DNA from: Bdellovibrionota bacterium
GTDB taxonomy: Bacteria; Bdellovibrionota_C; UBA2361; JAAYZI01
Assembly (NCBI GenBank): GCA_050950765.1
Contig: JBMNIF010000002.1
Location: 128,001 to 192,000, forward strand
Direction of reading: 5' to 3'
DNA length: 64,000 nucleotides
In this document: in pieces, positions 50,255 through 60,608 of the stretch
Position numbering within the stretch: the stretch's first letter is position 1
How the letters are laid out: every line of letters begins with the position of its first letter
Translations under genes and position numbers: made by a program
Notes under the pieces: generated by a model
What the model saw: only the letters and a program-made list of their open reading frames with translations
Databases searched by the model: none
What the model was told of the DNA's origin: nothing

Positions 50255-52318
50255 ATGAATTTTTCCAAAAAATCAATCGCTATTTTATGTATTATCTTCT
50301 CTTTATTTATCGCTACTCTAACGACATTAAATGGCTTAAATCAATTAGTATTATTTGCCGGACTAGTATTATTACCTGCAAGTTTTTTCTTTCCATATCA
50401 GAGCTTAATTGTTCTCTTTGTTTGCCTACCTATTTTCGGCAACAGACCAGCCTCGCTGCAAGCCTTGAGTTTAATGTATATTAGCACCATTTTCTTAGCT
50501 GGAAGTATCTCTAATTTATCGTTTATTAAGCGTCCCGCCTCTGATGCAAATGGAGATTCACTATACCTAAAAAAAGCATCTAATTTTAGCACCAATAAAG
50601 TGATCTTTCTTATGTTTCTTTTCTTTTTAGCCAGTGTTTTATCTATTTCTGGCTTGCCAATAGTTGACTGTGTTAGAAATCTTCCAAATTACATTGTCTT
50701 AAATAGTTGGAGTGAATTCATTCAATCACTCTCAAAGTTGTTAGTTGTTGATGAGCTACAGGTGTTTTATCCATTTGTAGCAGTTATCAATACATTGCTA
50801 GCTTTGTTGATCGCAAATGTCACTTATCAATTGGTTTTGTTTTCAAAGGATAAAGGGCTTTTTCTTTTGATTGCCCTTTTTATTGGGCTACTTTCTTCCT
50901 TTGTCTTCGGGCTTTTAGATTATTACAATGTCATTGATTTAAGATTTTTAAGAGACCTTGATCCTGTTGTAAATGCTGGAAACCATCAGTTTAGAATCCA
51001 ATCTTTCTTTGCCCATTCTGGATGGTATGCAGAATATATTACGACTCTGATCCCACTGGTGATACTTCTTTTGTTGTTGCCGATTAGATATGCACTTAAA
51101 GTTGGGCTTTCGTTAATCGTGATGGTTTTAGGGGAGTTCATCTTAATTCTAACTTATCAAAGGGGAGGCTGGCTTTCATATCCGTTAACACTATTTAGCG
51201 TCTGGACAGCGATTTATCTTTTTAGAATTTACGAGACGGGCAATAAAGCTGATTTCTTAAAATTATTTAGAAGCTCTTTTTTTAAAATTGTTCTTTCAAT
51301 TCCGATCACAATAATTTTAAGTATCTCTTTAATCAATATTATGTCTGGCGAAGAACACTTAATTTCTAAATATACACAACGTTTTTCCGATATTTCACGT
51401 ACCAATGATAGAACTGAATTTATAAAAGCTGGCATTCAGATTGGCTTGTTACATCCATTTATCGGCGGAGGAGCTGAATCTTTTGGCTATCAATATGAGA
51501 GGGAGATTGCCGCTGAAAGTGGAAGGTTGTATGGGCAATATGATTTACCTTTACATGGATCTGCACACAATTTTTATGTGCAAACTTTTTCTGGTAAAGG
51601 ACTACTTGGATTGTTTTTACTTTTAGCTTTAATTTTTTCAAGTATCAAGGATTCTGTAAAGCTTTTACAATCACAACAGATCACTAACAATTCTTCACGT
51701 GCAATTTTATTGATTAACATCTCTTTTCTAATCGCTGTTTTGATCTACTCGAATGTTCAGGAGTTTTTCTACATTCAAATACTTCAGATAATATTTTTTA
51801 GTATGCTGGCTATTTATGGAGCAAATTTCCAAGATATATTGCCCAAACCAAACTATAAATTTTATAAAACAATCTTTTGCTTATGTGTGTTAGCTCATAT
51901 AACGTGGGAATATATCTATCCAGCTAATAACAGTAACTTTATAAATCCAGAATATGGCTGTTTTAATGCTGAAGTTTCTCCAACAGGAACGCCGTTTAAG
52001 TGGTGTTCTAGAAATTCATCCATTCACTTACCAGTGCAATATGAAGATGGAGAGCCTTATGTAAATTTGAATATTAAAACGATGTACTTTAACTCAAAGT
52101 CAGCCACGCTAAGTCTAATAGTAAATGGGGAGGTCGTACGACAGCAGGAGCTGAAGGAAGCTGCAACGTATCAAGAGAAAATTGCAATACCAAATTCAAT
52201 GGTTCGTGCTGAAAAACACCTTTTAGTTACGCTAAAAACAGATGGCTATTTTATCCCGTCGCAAGTTTTTCCTAACAGCAACGATAACCGTATCTTAGCA
52301 ATTCAGGTTATGCTTTAA
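50255..52318 (+). CDS. O-antigen ligase-family membrane protein with a C-terminal soluble domain
   Basis: Many TM helices; RIQSFFAHSGWYAEY, LTYQRGGW, HPFIGGG and SAHNFYVQ motifs. Confidence 0.85.
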   Translation: MNFSKKSIAILCIIFSLFIATLTTLNGLNQLVLFAGLVLLPASFFFPYQSLIVLFVCLPIFGNRPASLQALSLMYISTIFLAGSISNLSFIKRPASDANGDSLYLKKASNFSTNKVIFLMFLFFLASVLSISGLPIVDCVRNLPNYIVLNSWSEFIQSLSKLLVVDELQVFYPFVAVINTLLALLIANVTYQLVLFSKDKGLFLLIALFIGLLSSFVFGLLDYYNVIDLRFLRDLDPVVNAGNHQFRIQSFFAHSGWYAEYITTLIPLVILLLLLPIRYALKVGLSLIVMVLGEFILILTYQRGGWLSYPLTLFSVWTAIYLFRIYETGNKADFLKLFRSSFFKIVLSIPITIILSISLINIMSGEEHLISKYTQRFSDISRTNDRTEFIKAGIQIGLLHPFIGGGAESFGYQYEREIAAESGRLYGQYDLPLHGSAHNFYVQTFSGKGLLGLFLLLALIFSSIKDSVKLLQSQQITNNSSRAILLINISFLIAVLIYSNVQEFFYIQILQIIFFSMLAIYGANFQDILPKPNYKFYKTIFCLCVLAHITWEYIYPANNSNFINPEYGCFNAEVSPTGTPFKWCSRNSSIHLPVQYEDGEPYVNLNIKTMYFNSKSATLSLIVNGEVVRQQELKEAATYQEKIAIPNSMVRAEKHLLVTLKTDGYFIPSQVFPNSNDNRILAIQVML

Positions 52319-52547
52319 TAAATGATAAAAAGTTATCTAAGATACCTCCTCGTGATATCTTAAAAAAGCTGCTCTGTATATCAGGATTAAAGCTGAATTT
52401 AATACCCCCCCCCTCCAGCTAGAAATCATTCTAAAAGAAACACAAGTATCGACTTTAACGCAGCTACTGACTTCACCTTATATCTTTTTAGCAGCGCTTG
52501 TGTTGTATGCTTCGAAGCTACGCTCGGCAAGCAGCGATCGTCTATCT

Positions 52548-53270
52548 TTATTTTTTACGCATATCGTTGATATCTGTGCCCTTCGGGAAATCAGGCTTAA
52601 AGATATCATCTGAAATTTTCGGTTGGAGTTCTATATTTTCTAAAAGGATCGAGGTTCTATTTCCACCAACATGACTAATCTCAGCGCCACGCGGAAAATC
52701 CAACGCTGTATCAATCAGCAAAGAGAAACCCGCCAACTCCTCTTTCGCTTCATGACCCGCAACCTGTTTTAATTTTAGAACAACACCATTTGAGCTACGA
52801 CAAGACGCTTGTAAAGTAAAATCTTTTCTTAAGTCCCCCACTCCAACAAGAAAGGCAACGGGAAGGTCTGTCAAAACGACCTCCTCAAAGTTTTGAATAA
52901 GCACCTGTTGATCCAAAGGTTGATAATACCACAACGTCTTATCATTCATTAAGAAAGATTGCTCCTCAGGCACCTCATATTGCCACTTCATTTTAGCGGG
53001 TTTTGCCAACCAAACCTGCCCCGAACTACCCTCAGAGGTATCAACCGCTGCAAGGTAAGAAGACTGTATAAAATTGGCGTGCAATGCAGTTATGTTACTG
53101 TATTTCTTTTGCACCCGATCTATTAACTCCTGCGCTTCTTTATTAGAGACCTGCTCCGTGCACTCAAAAGAACGCATCTGTTGTTGTGCAGAAGCGATCT
53201 CTGTTACTAAAAAAGTGCCTAAGATAGATCCGAACACTAAAAACTTTATGATTATATTATTTCTCTGCAT
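52548..53270 (-). CDS. lolA: Outer-membrane lipoprotein carrier LolA-family protein
   Basis: Signal peptide; ANFIQ, KPAKMKWQY, LWYYQP and IFKPDFPKG pattern. Confidence 0.8.
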   Translation of the reverse strand: MQRNNIIIKFLVFGSILGTFLVTEIASAQQQMRSFECTEQVSNKEAQELIDRVQKKYSNITALHANFIQSSYLAAVDTSEGSSGQVWLAKPAKMKWQYEVPEEQSFLMNDKTLWYYQPLDQQVLIQNFEEVVLTDLPVAFLVGVGDLRKDFTLQASCRSSNGVVLKLKQVAGHEAKEELAGFSLLIDTALDFPRGAEISHVGGNRTSILLENIELQPKISDDIFKPDFPKGTDINDMRKK

Positions 53271-53610
53271 AAGGGGCAGAATAAGATAAAACTATATTAA
53301 GCGCAAATTATAAAACTACTGGATTAGGAGCGTAACTCGGACGCAGAGGAGAGAAAGCAAAGAGCTTCAAAACTTACTTAAAAGATAATAAAAAGGTAGG
53401 TGATTCAGTCTACTAAGGGGGGGAAAGATTTTAGTGCCACCAACAAAAAAAGCGCTAAAATTTTACCGAATTCTTAATAAGTACCTAATTGAGAGGCTGC
53501 CTCTTAGTTGCCTAAAATCCACCTTTTTTGTAGCGTACGGTTAGGGTGGTGCGTTTTATCGTTTTATAATAAGTCGCACGAAAAAACTCCCCCTTCGCAA
53601 CGTACTTACT

Positions 53611-54954
53611 ATGAACTTTAATCCAAACACATTTTCTGAATTTAGATTTATTTCAGCAACCTTTGACGATGTCACGAGAACGGCTAAATTACTTTATGCT
53701 TTAGACGATAAGTTTACCTTTTCTGAAACATACACCTTTCCAGAGCCATTTAATCCGACTTGGAAGATCGATCACGAAGCTCTGCAGATAGCTTTAAACC
53801 TTCTACACCTAGCTGCCGGTGTTAGTTATTTTAAAAGTGCTCTTCCTCCCCAAATAGTCCTAGAAAATCAAACCCTCTCTCAAGAGAGCGCTGCCTTCTT
53901 TAACACCCTTTATCTAAACGGGCTCGGCGAGTTTGCTTACCGAAACTCCATCTCATTAAAAGATCGCATCTCCTTTCCGTTTTCTAATGAAGTGACAGAC
54001 CCACGTACAGACTTACAACTACCCGTACTTACCGCTGTGCCGTTAGGCGGCGGAAAAGACTCCTTAGTAACTTTGGAAGCTTTGCTTGCAGCCTCTGAAA
54101 AGATTACCCCCATTGCAATAGGCGACTACCTTCCGATCAATGCCGTAGCCAAGTGTCGTAATTTAGACCTGCCTCTCATACACCGTCAGATCGATCCGTT
54201 ACTTATTGAACTGAACAAAGCGGGCGCTTACAACGGTCACGTTCCGATCTCAGCTATTATCGTCTTCACCCTTACCGCAGCTGCTATCATCTGCGGATAT
54301 AACACTATTGCGATCTCTCAAGAAAGATCAGCAAACGAACCGAATCTTCAGATAAGCGGTGTAGATATTAATCACCAATACAGTAAAAGTTTCGACTTTG
54401 AGCTATCTTTACAAACCTTACTTAAACGACAGATCCCGAATCTAAACTATTTCTCCTTCCTGCGTCCCTTATCAGAACTTGGGATCTGCAAACTTTTTGC
54501 AGAAAAGTGTCAGGTCTACTTTGATTCATTTAGTAGCTGCAATCGTTCCTTTAGTAGCACCAACCCGCTAGACGGTACTCGCTGGTGTTGTAACTGTCCA
54601 AAGTGTAGATTTATCTTTTTAGCGCTCGCTCCATTTTTAGATAAAGAGCGTATAATCTCTATCTTCGGGAAAAATCTTTTAAATGATGCCGCACAAGAGA
54701 CAGGGTATCGTGAACTATTGGGGCTTACAGGTAATAAACCTTTTGAATGCGTGGGAGAGATTAAAGAATCTCGTGCAGCTTTTTCATTACTCGCCGCACA
54801 ACGTGCTTGGCAAAACGATGCGTTGATACAGATCTTTTCCACTGAATATGCTGATCAACTTTCGCAGTGGCACGCTGCAACGGAAAGCATCTTAACGCCT
54901 TCTACAATTCACGCCATGCCACCCCATTTTAAGGATATTTTAGATGCATTTTAA
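53611..54954 (+). CDS. murL: UDP-MurNAc-L-Ala-L-Glu epimerase
   Basis: GVSYFK, GGGKDS, NGHVP, NHQYSKS, FSSCNR, WCxxCPKC and KPFECVG motifs; overlaps a downstream murD. Confidence 0.88.
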   Translation: MNFNPNTFSEFRFISATFDDVTRTAKLLYALDDKFTFSETYTFPEPFNPTWKIDHEALQIALNLLHLAAGVSYFKSALPPQIVLENQTLSQESAAFFNTLYLNGLGEFAYRNSISLKDRISFPFSNEVTDPRTDLQLPVLTAVPLGGGKDSLVTLEALLAASEKITPIAIGDYLPINAVAKCRNLDLPLIHRQIDPLLIELNKAGAYNGHVPISAIIVFTLTAAAIICGYNTIAISQERSANEPNLQISGVDINHQYSKSFDFELSLQTLLKRQIPNLNYFSFLRPLSELGICKLFAEKCQVYFDSFSSCNRSFSSTNPLDGTRWCCNCPKCRFIFLALAPFLDKERIISIFGKNLLNDAAQETGYRELLGLTGNKPFECVGEIKESRAAFSLLAAQRAWQNDALIQIFSTEYADQLSQWHAATESILTPSTIHAMPPHFKDILDAF

Positions 54955-56287
54955 AGATTTAATCGGTAAGAAAGTAGCAGTGTGGGGAGTTGGAAGAGAA
55001 GGTAGCGCTTTTATCAACCTATGGAGAGCACGTTGCCCTCACATGACGCTTAGTGTCTTAGACGAAAAGCCATCAGATCAAAGTCGCCTCTTAGCAACAC
55101 AAGAAGATCTCTGTTACTTTTCAGAAGCAGGTGCTTTAAATGCCATAAAAACGTTTGATGTTGTGGTACGCTCTCCTGGAATAAGTCGTTATAGAGAGGA
55201 AATTTTAGAAGCAAAACGTTTAGGAGTACAATTTACTTCATTGGCAGACCTCTGGTTTTCAGAGAACACTACGACAGATATCGTCGCCATTACCGGTACA
55301 AAAGGGAAAAGCACAACATCATCCTTAACGGCACACCTATTAAAATCGTTAGGAGTAAATACAACTCTAGCTGGTAATATCGGCACCCCCCTCTTTGAAG
55401 ATCCTGAACAGGTCACCACACAATCAACTTGGGTGATAGAGCTCTCCAGTTATCAAGCATCTGATATAGAGACAAGCATCCCTTTAGCAACTCTTTTAAA
55501 TCTCTATCCTGAACATTGTGATTGGCATGGTAGCGTTGAACAATATTACCAAGATAAGTTAAATATCTTTAAACACCAATCTGATAACTCTCGTTCCATT
55601 ATCAACGGTCAAGATCCGAACACGCTTCGTTATCTTAACTTTTTTAAAAACAGAAGATACTTCAATACAAAAGAAACTATTCACTGCCAAGACGATTATA
55701 TTTATAACGGAGATCAGCTCTTATTTCCACGCACCATCTCACCACTCTTAGGTACGCATAACTCCCTTAACATCTGCGCCGCCCTAACGATCTTATCCGC
55801 ACTCGGTCACGAACCAAGCACGGCAGCTGACGGTTTAAAAAACTTTAACGGCTTAATGCACCGTTTACAGATGATCGGATCTGATAAAAAACTAACTTAC
55901 ATCGATGATAGCATCTCAACAATTCCACAAACTGCCTTAGCTGCTTTAGCCGCGCTTTCATCTCAACGGGTAACGATCTTACTCGGTGGTCAAAAGCGTG
56001 CTCAAGATTGGGAGCTTTTTGCGAAGTCCCTTCATAAGACCCCCCCCTTTGCTGCTATTACAATGCCGGACAACGGCTCTGAAATAGCGGCTGCACTCAG
56101 GCAATACGCCCCCCAAAATATACTCATAAAAGAAGTTGCGGATCTTAAAGAGGGGGTACAGACAGCACAAAAAATAACCCCCTCCGGCGGTATCGTATTA
56201 TTATCTCCTGCCTCCCCCAGTTACGGACACTTTAAAAACTTTGAAGAGCGCGGCGATCTATTTAAACAATTTGCCGGATTAAAATAA
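54944..56287 (+). CDS. murD: MurD-family ligase, probably the L-Glu-adding MurD2
   Basis: RSPGIS, ITGTKGKSTT, ELSSYQ, YIDDSIST and LLSPASPSYGHFKNFEERG motifs; coupled to murL. Confidence 0.9.
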   Translation: MHFKDLIGKKVAVWGVGREGSAFINLWRARCPHMTLSVLDEKPSDQSRLLATQEDLCYFSEAGALNAIKTFDVVVRSPGISRYREEILEAKRLGVQFTSLADLWFSENTTTDIVAITGTKGKSTTSSLTAHLLKSLGVNTTLAGNIGTPLFEDPEQVTTQSTWVIELSSYQASDIETSIPLATLLNLYPEHCDWHGSVEQYYQDKLNIFKHQSDNSRSIINGQDPNTLRYLNFFKNRRYFNTKETIHCQDDYIYNGDQLLFPRTISPLLGTHNSLNICAALTILSALGHEPSTAADGLKNFNGLMHRLQMIGSDKKLTYIDDSISTIPQTALAALAALSSQRVTILLGGQKRAQDWELFAKSLHKTPPFAAITMPDNGSEIAAALRQYAPQNILIKEVADLKEGVQTAQKITPSGGIVLLSPASPSYGHFKNFEERGDLFKQFAGLK

Positions 56288-56297
56288 TTGCCACACC

Positions 56298-57318
56298 CAA
56301 ATTTTTTACCCCCGTCCAGATCTAGCTGACTCGTTTTTCAGTTGCAGCCCGTTCGATCGTCCCTAGAGGGTGGCTAAGCCACCAAAGCGGCAAAACTGGT
56401 GGGTGGCACCAGATCCATCCAGTCGCTTAAGCCGTCAAAGCGGCAAAACTGAAGGGTGGCACCAAAATTTAACCCTCGTGAAAACCTAACCAACTTGCTT
56501 TTTAATATCAGCCCGCTCAAGCGTCCCTAGCGGGTGGTGGTAAATTCACCCCGTACAGATCTAACCGATTCTATTTTCAGTTGCAGCCCGTTCGATCGTC
56601 CCTGGTGGGCGGCACCAAATTCGCCGACCCAAATCCGCCAGATCTCGTCTTACTGGCGGGTGGCACCAAATTCATCCAGTCGCCTAAGCCGCCAAAGCGG
56701 CAAAAAAGAAGGGTGGCACCAAATTCGCCGAATCCTAACTTTTGCTAACATCCTGATTTTATTAAAAGAGCAATTAGGACACCCACTTTTTACTGAAGGG
56801 TGGCACCAGATCCAAAGCCTAGCCAAATCCAACAGATCCCGTCTTGCTGGTGGGTGGCACCAAATTCATCCAGTCGCCTAAGCCGTCAAAGCGGCAAAAA
56901 AGAAGGGTGGCACCAAATTCGCCGAATCCTAACTTTTGCTAACATCCTGATTTTATTAAAAGAGCAATTAGGACACCCACTTTTTACTGAAGGGTGGCAC
57001 CAGATCCAAAGCCTAGCCAAATCCGCCAGATCTCGTCTTACTGCTGGGTGGCACCAAATTCATCCAGTCGCCCAAGCCGTCAAAGCGGCAAAAAAAGAAG
57101 GGTGGCACCAAATTTTTAACCTCCGTAGAAACCTAACCGATTCGCTTTGTAGTTGCAGCCCGTTCGATCGTCCCTGAAGGGTGGCACCAAAATTTAACCC
57201 TCGTGAAAACCTAACCAACTTGCTTTTTAATATCAGCCCGCTCAAGCGTCCCTAGCGGGTGGTGGTAAATTCACCCCGTCCAGATCTAGCTGACTTGTTT
57301 TGCAGTTGCAGCCCGTTC
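56298..57318 (+). repeat. Mosaic GGGTGGCACC-core repeat array E
   Basis: 11 exact cores (56401, 56454, 56658, 56711, 56798, 56852, 56905, 56992, 57046, 57100, 57179) plus variants; 194-bp higher-order duplication 56658-56851 / 56852-57045. Confidence 0.95.
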
Positions 57319-57360
57319 TGATCTCCCTGTCAGCACTACGCTTAATACCGTAATATTATA

Positions 57361-59940
57361 TTATGCAAGGTCTCTGGATGTGATTAATATCTCTCGCGGC
57401 TTTCCGCCATCCATAGGTCCGACTACACCTTCCCTCTCCATTGTATCAATAATGCGTGCAGCTCTGTTGTACCCCACGCGAAAAGCTCTTTGCAGCATTG
57501 AGGCTGAGGCCTGCCCTTTTTCTATCACAAGTTGCACAGCACGGTCGTATAACGGATCAAACTCTGAATCTTCTTCCTCATTAGAATCTTTATTGTTGTC
57601 TTCTTCTAAAGCTTTTTTACACAACTCCAAGATCTCAGGATCGTATTGCGGCCTTAACGTCTTACTAACCTCAGCCACTACCCGCTGCACCTCCATATCA
57701 TCAACATAAGCACCATGAACACGCTTAATATGATCCCAACCTGGTAGTTGCACCAACATATCACCACGCCCAAGTAAACGTTCAGCACCACCTGTTGTTA
57801 AAATAGTACGTGAATCGATGGCACTTGAAACTCTAAAAGAAAGACGTGCGGGGAAATTAGCCTTAATCAATCCAGTGATAACATCAACGGAGGGACGTTG
57901 CGTTGCTACAATTAAATGAATTCCAGCAGCTCTAGCTTTTTGTGCCAAACGCGTTATCAGATCTTCAATATCTCGCCCCACAGTCAACATTAAATCTGCC
58001 AACTCATCAATCACGATAACGATCTTAGGTAACGGTGTAATCTTTTCCGGAGCAAAAGCCGTTGTTTCCTCATCTTCAGAAAGAGGAACATTCCCCTCAT
58101 CTATCAACTGATCTTCACTCAACATCACGACAGGCCCCTTAGTGCTCTCATCTTCAAAGATGACACTCTCCTCCCCTTTAGCGATCTTATTATAACCGTC
58201 AATACTCCTAACCTTAAAACGACGCATTAAACGGTAGCGGCGATTCATCTCATCTACCGCCCACTCCAAAACAGCCTTAGCCTGTTTTGGGACAGTCACA
58301 ACAGGCACCATTAAGTGTGGAATGCCCTCATAAACACTCAACTCTAAGATCTTCGGATCGATCAAGATCAACCCTAACTCCGCTGGACTAGCACGATATA
58401 AAAAGCTAACTAAAAAAGAGTTTATGCAAACAGATTTACCAGTACCAGTAGCACCCGCCACCAAGAGGTGCGGCATCTTCGCTATATCTGCCACAACAGG
58501 TTGCCCGTAAGTATCCTCTCCAAGAGGAACAGTCAGTATTGAATCAGCGTTAATGAAAGCATCGCTTTCCAGAACATCACGCAACATTACCAACTCTCTG
58601 TGTCGATTCGGAACCTCAATTCCGACCGTGCCTTTCTTTGGAATCGGCGCCACAATCCTTATCGAACTAGCCTTTAAACTCATCGCCAGATCATCTTGCA
58701 GATTAGTAATGCGACTAACCTTAACACCGGCAGCAGGCTCAAATTCAAAAAGGGTAATAACTGGTCCTGGATGAACCTCTGTAACATTTCCTTCAATCCC
58801 GAAATCTTGAAGCTTCTCCTCAATTAAACGAGATTTCGCTATTAGCTCTTCACTATTTTCAGCCTCAGGTGAAGGCTTAGCTTCTGCTAATAAAGATAGC
58901 GCAGGTGGCGTATAATGAAACAACCCGTGCGCCACATTCTCATCTTTTGCAAAACGTTGTCGGATCCGTTTTTCAGGAACGGTAGGTCTTTGCCGTCTAT
59001 TAACAAGCACATCTCGCCTGCCCCGCTCTTTCCCCTCAACCACTACTTCATCTTCTTCACTAGATCTTCTGCGCTTATTTTTTGAAAGGGGAGTCACTTT
59101 TTTGGGAAAATCTCCCATCACAAATTTACCGTTAGCAACCTCCTCCACATCATCATACTCTTCGTAATACTCATCATCATCATCGTTCGAATAATATCTA
59201 TCTGATGGAGCTGTAATAAAATTAGAAACCCAACCACCAACGGCGCTTCCTCCTTTAGCTACAACGTGTGCAGATTTAGTAGTTCCCCAGAACAACCCTT
59301 TTATCCCTTCTCTAGCACCTTTAAACCCACCGATACAGATCGCCTTTAAAAGGTGATAGACACTCATCTGACACGCTAAAGAAAGGAAAAGAATCAATAG
59401 ACAGATAGAAAGCATGGCGGTGCCCACTGTTCCGAAATAACGGGTTAAAACAGTGGCGATCCCTGCTCCGATACGCCCCCCTGCTGCCGCCCCTCCAAAA
59501 AGAGCTACCGTTACACAAGCAGAAACACACGTTCCGATTACGCCCACGATACGGGTCGTCTTATAAATTCCAACAGCATCCTCCGTATCTTTACGAAATA
59601 AATAGATAGCGATTAGAAACCAGATCGGGATAGTTAAAGAGCACCACCCCATAAAATCGAGCAAAACAGAACCGACAACATTACCAACGGGGCCCATCAC
59701 ATTGATGGCATCATCTCCCGTGATCTTAAATTTTTCAGAGAGGATACTACAACAAACAAAGAGCGCAGAGATCGCACAAAGCACCACACCTAATTCTCTA
59801 AACCAACTTCCCCCGATAGATACCTTATCAGAGTCAGAACGGGGACGTGGAAGTTCACGAATCTCACCTTTTTTCGATCTTTTTCGGGGTTCTGCCCGGC
59901 GTTTTTTCTTACTTGCTCCCGCCATACAACTTACAACCAA
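57361..59940 (-). CDS. ftsK: DNA translocase FtsK
   Basis: N-terminal TM domain, PHLLVAGATGTGKS, IDELADLM, ATQRPSVDVITG and gamma domain GYNRAARI. Confidence 0.97.
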   Translation of the reverse strand: MVVSCMAGASKKKRRAEPRKRSKKGEIRELPRPRSDSDKVSIGGSWFRELGVVLCAISALFVCCSILSEKFKITGDDAINVMGPVGNVVGSVLLDFMGWCSLTIPIWFLIAIYLFRKDTEDAVGIYKTTRIVGVIGTCVSACVTVALFGGAAAGGRIGAGIATVLTRYFGTVGTAMLSICLLILFLSLACQMSVYHLLKAICIGGFKGAREGIKGLFWGTTKSAHVVAKGGSAVGGWVSNFITAPSDRYYSNDDDDEYYEEYDDVEEVANGKFVMGDFPKKVTPLSKNKRRRSSEEDEVVVEGKERGRRDVLVNRRQRPTVPEKRIRQRFAKDENVAHGLFHYTPPALSLLAEAKPSPEAENSEELIAKSRLIEEKLQDFGIEGNVTEVHPGPVITLFEFEPAAGVKVSRITNLQDDLAMSLKASSIRIVAPIPKKGTVGIEVPNRHRELVMLRDVLESDAFINADSILTVPLGEDTYGQPVVADIAKMPHLLVAGATGTGKSVCINSFLVSFLYRASPAELGLILIDPKILELSVYEGIPHLMVPVVTVPKQAKAVLEWAVDEMNRRYRLMRRFKVRSIDGYNKIAKGEESVIFEDESTKGPVVMLSEDQLIDEGNVPLSEDEETTAFAPEKITPLPKIVIVIDELADLMLTVGRDIEDLITRLAQKARAAGIHLIVATQRPSVDVITGLIKANFPARLSFRVSSAIDSRTILTTGGAERLLGRGDMLVQLPGWDHIKRVHGAYVDDMEVQRVVAEVSKTLRPQYDPEILELCKKALEEDNNKDSNEEEDSEFDPLYDRAVQLVIEKGQASASMLQRAFRVGYNRAARIIDTMEREGVVGPMDGGKPREILITSRDLA

Positions 59941-60608
59941 ATAACCAGATGGAATATCACTGGCACAAAATCTCCAAGATCGCTCGCACTATATTTAATA
60001 CTTAAAATACAGGAAAACTCATCCAGCATTAAAGACCATCTGTTAGGATAGCTTCAATATACAGCGAGCGTATCCAAGCTTATCACCCTCCATAAAGAGC
60101 ATAAGCAACCTAAAATTTTAAGAACAACCTTAATTAATAACAGAAATCATCATAAACAAGCCCCACGGATTAGGGAACTGTGAAAATATAAATTGGATAA
60201 AATAAAACGCTTTTTTACAAACACCGCAAGGATAAGGGTCTTACTTATCAATACGATAGCCGATTAGCGCGCTCTACATCCTAGCCCAGACCTCCCCCCT
60301 CCTTTACGTATGTTAAGAGGTAATATCTTTCATGCAATGAGACGTAACTCCTTTCTCCTTCTTTCTTTTCTCTCGATATTTTATTGTCCAATCAGGGGGG
60401 CTTTTGTTTTCTTTTTTATACCTAAATACGTATGCCAAGACACCGAGAAAGCCAGCCCCTTTTATCGTTAATTTTTAAAAAATTTCTATCGGTTATAACA
60501 ATATTGCTACTTTATAGTTACGTAAATCACAGAAGAGTTTGAGTTCTAAAATCCATCAGCTATTCATCAGCTACTTTTACTTTTCGACTCTTTTAAGTTT
60601 CTTTTCAG

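Noticed and set aside
53428..53442. TTTTAGTGCCACCAA resembling a lone mosaic-repeat core
   Set aside because: Single degenerate copy with no adjoining module
21267..57245. Short ORFs rich in GWHQI / VAPN / GGTK peptides (21267, 21624, 49405-50215, 56534-57245)
   Set aside because: They are translations of the GGGTGGCACC repeat arrays in several frames and on both strands, with no consistent start or RBS
59941..60608. Long ORF-free interval upstream of ftsK, possible ncRNA
   Set aside because: No recognisable tRNA, tmRNA, SRP, RNase P or 6S features by eye; a covariance-model search would be needed
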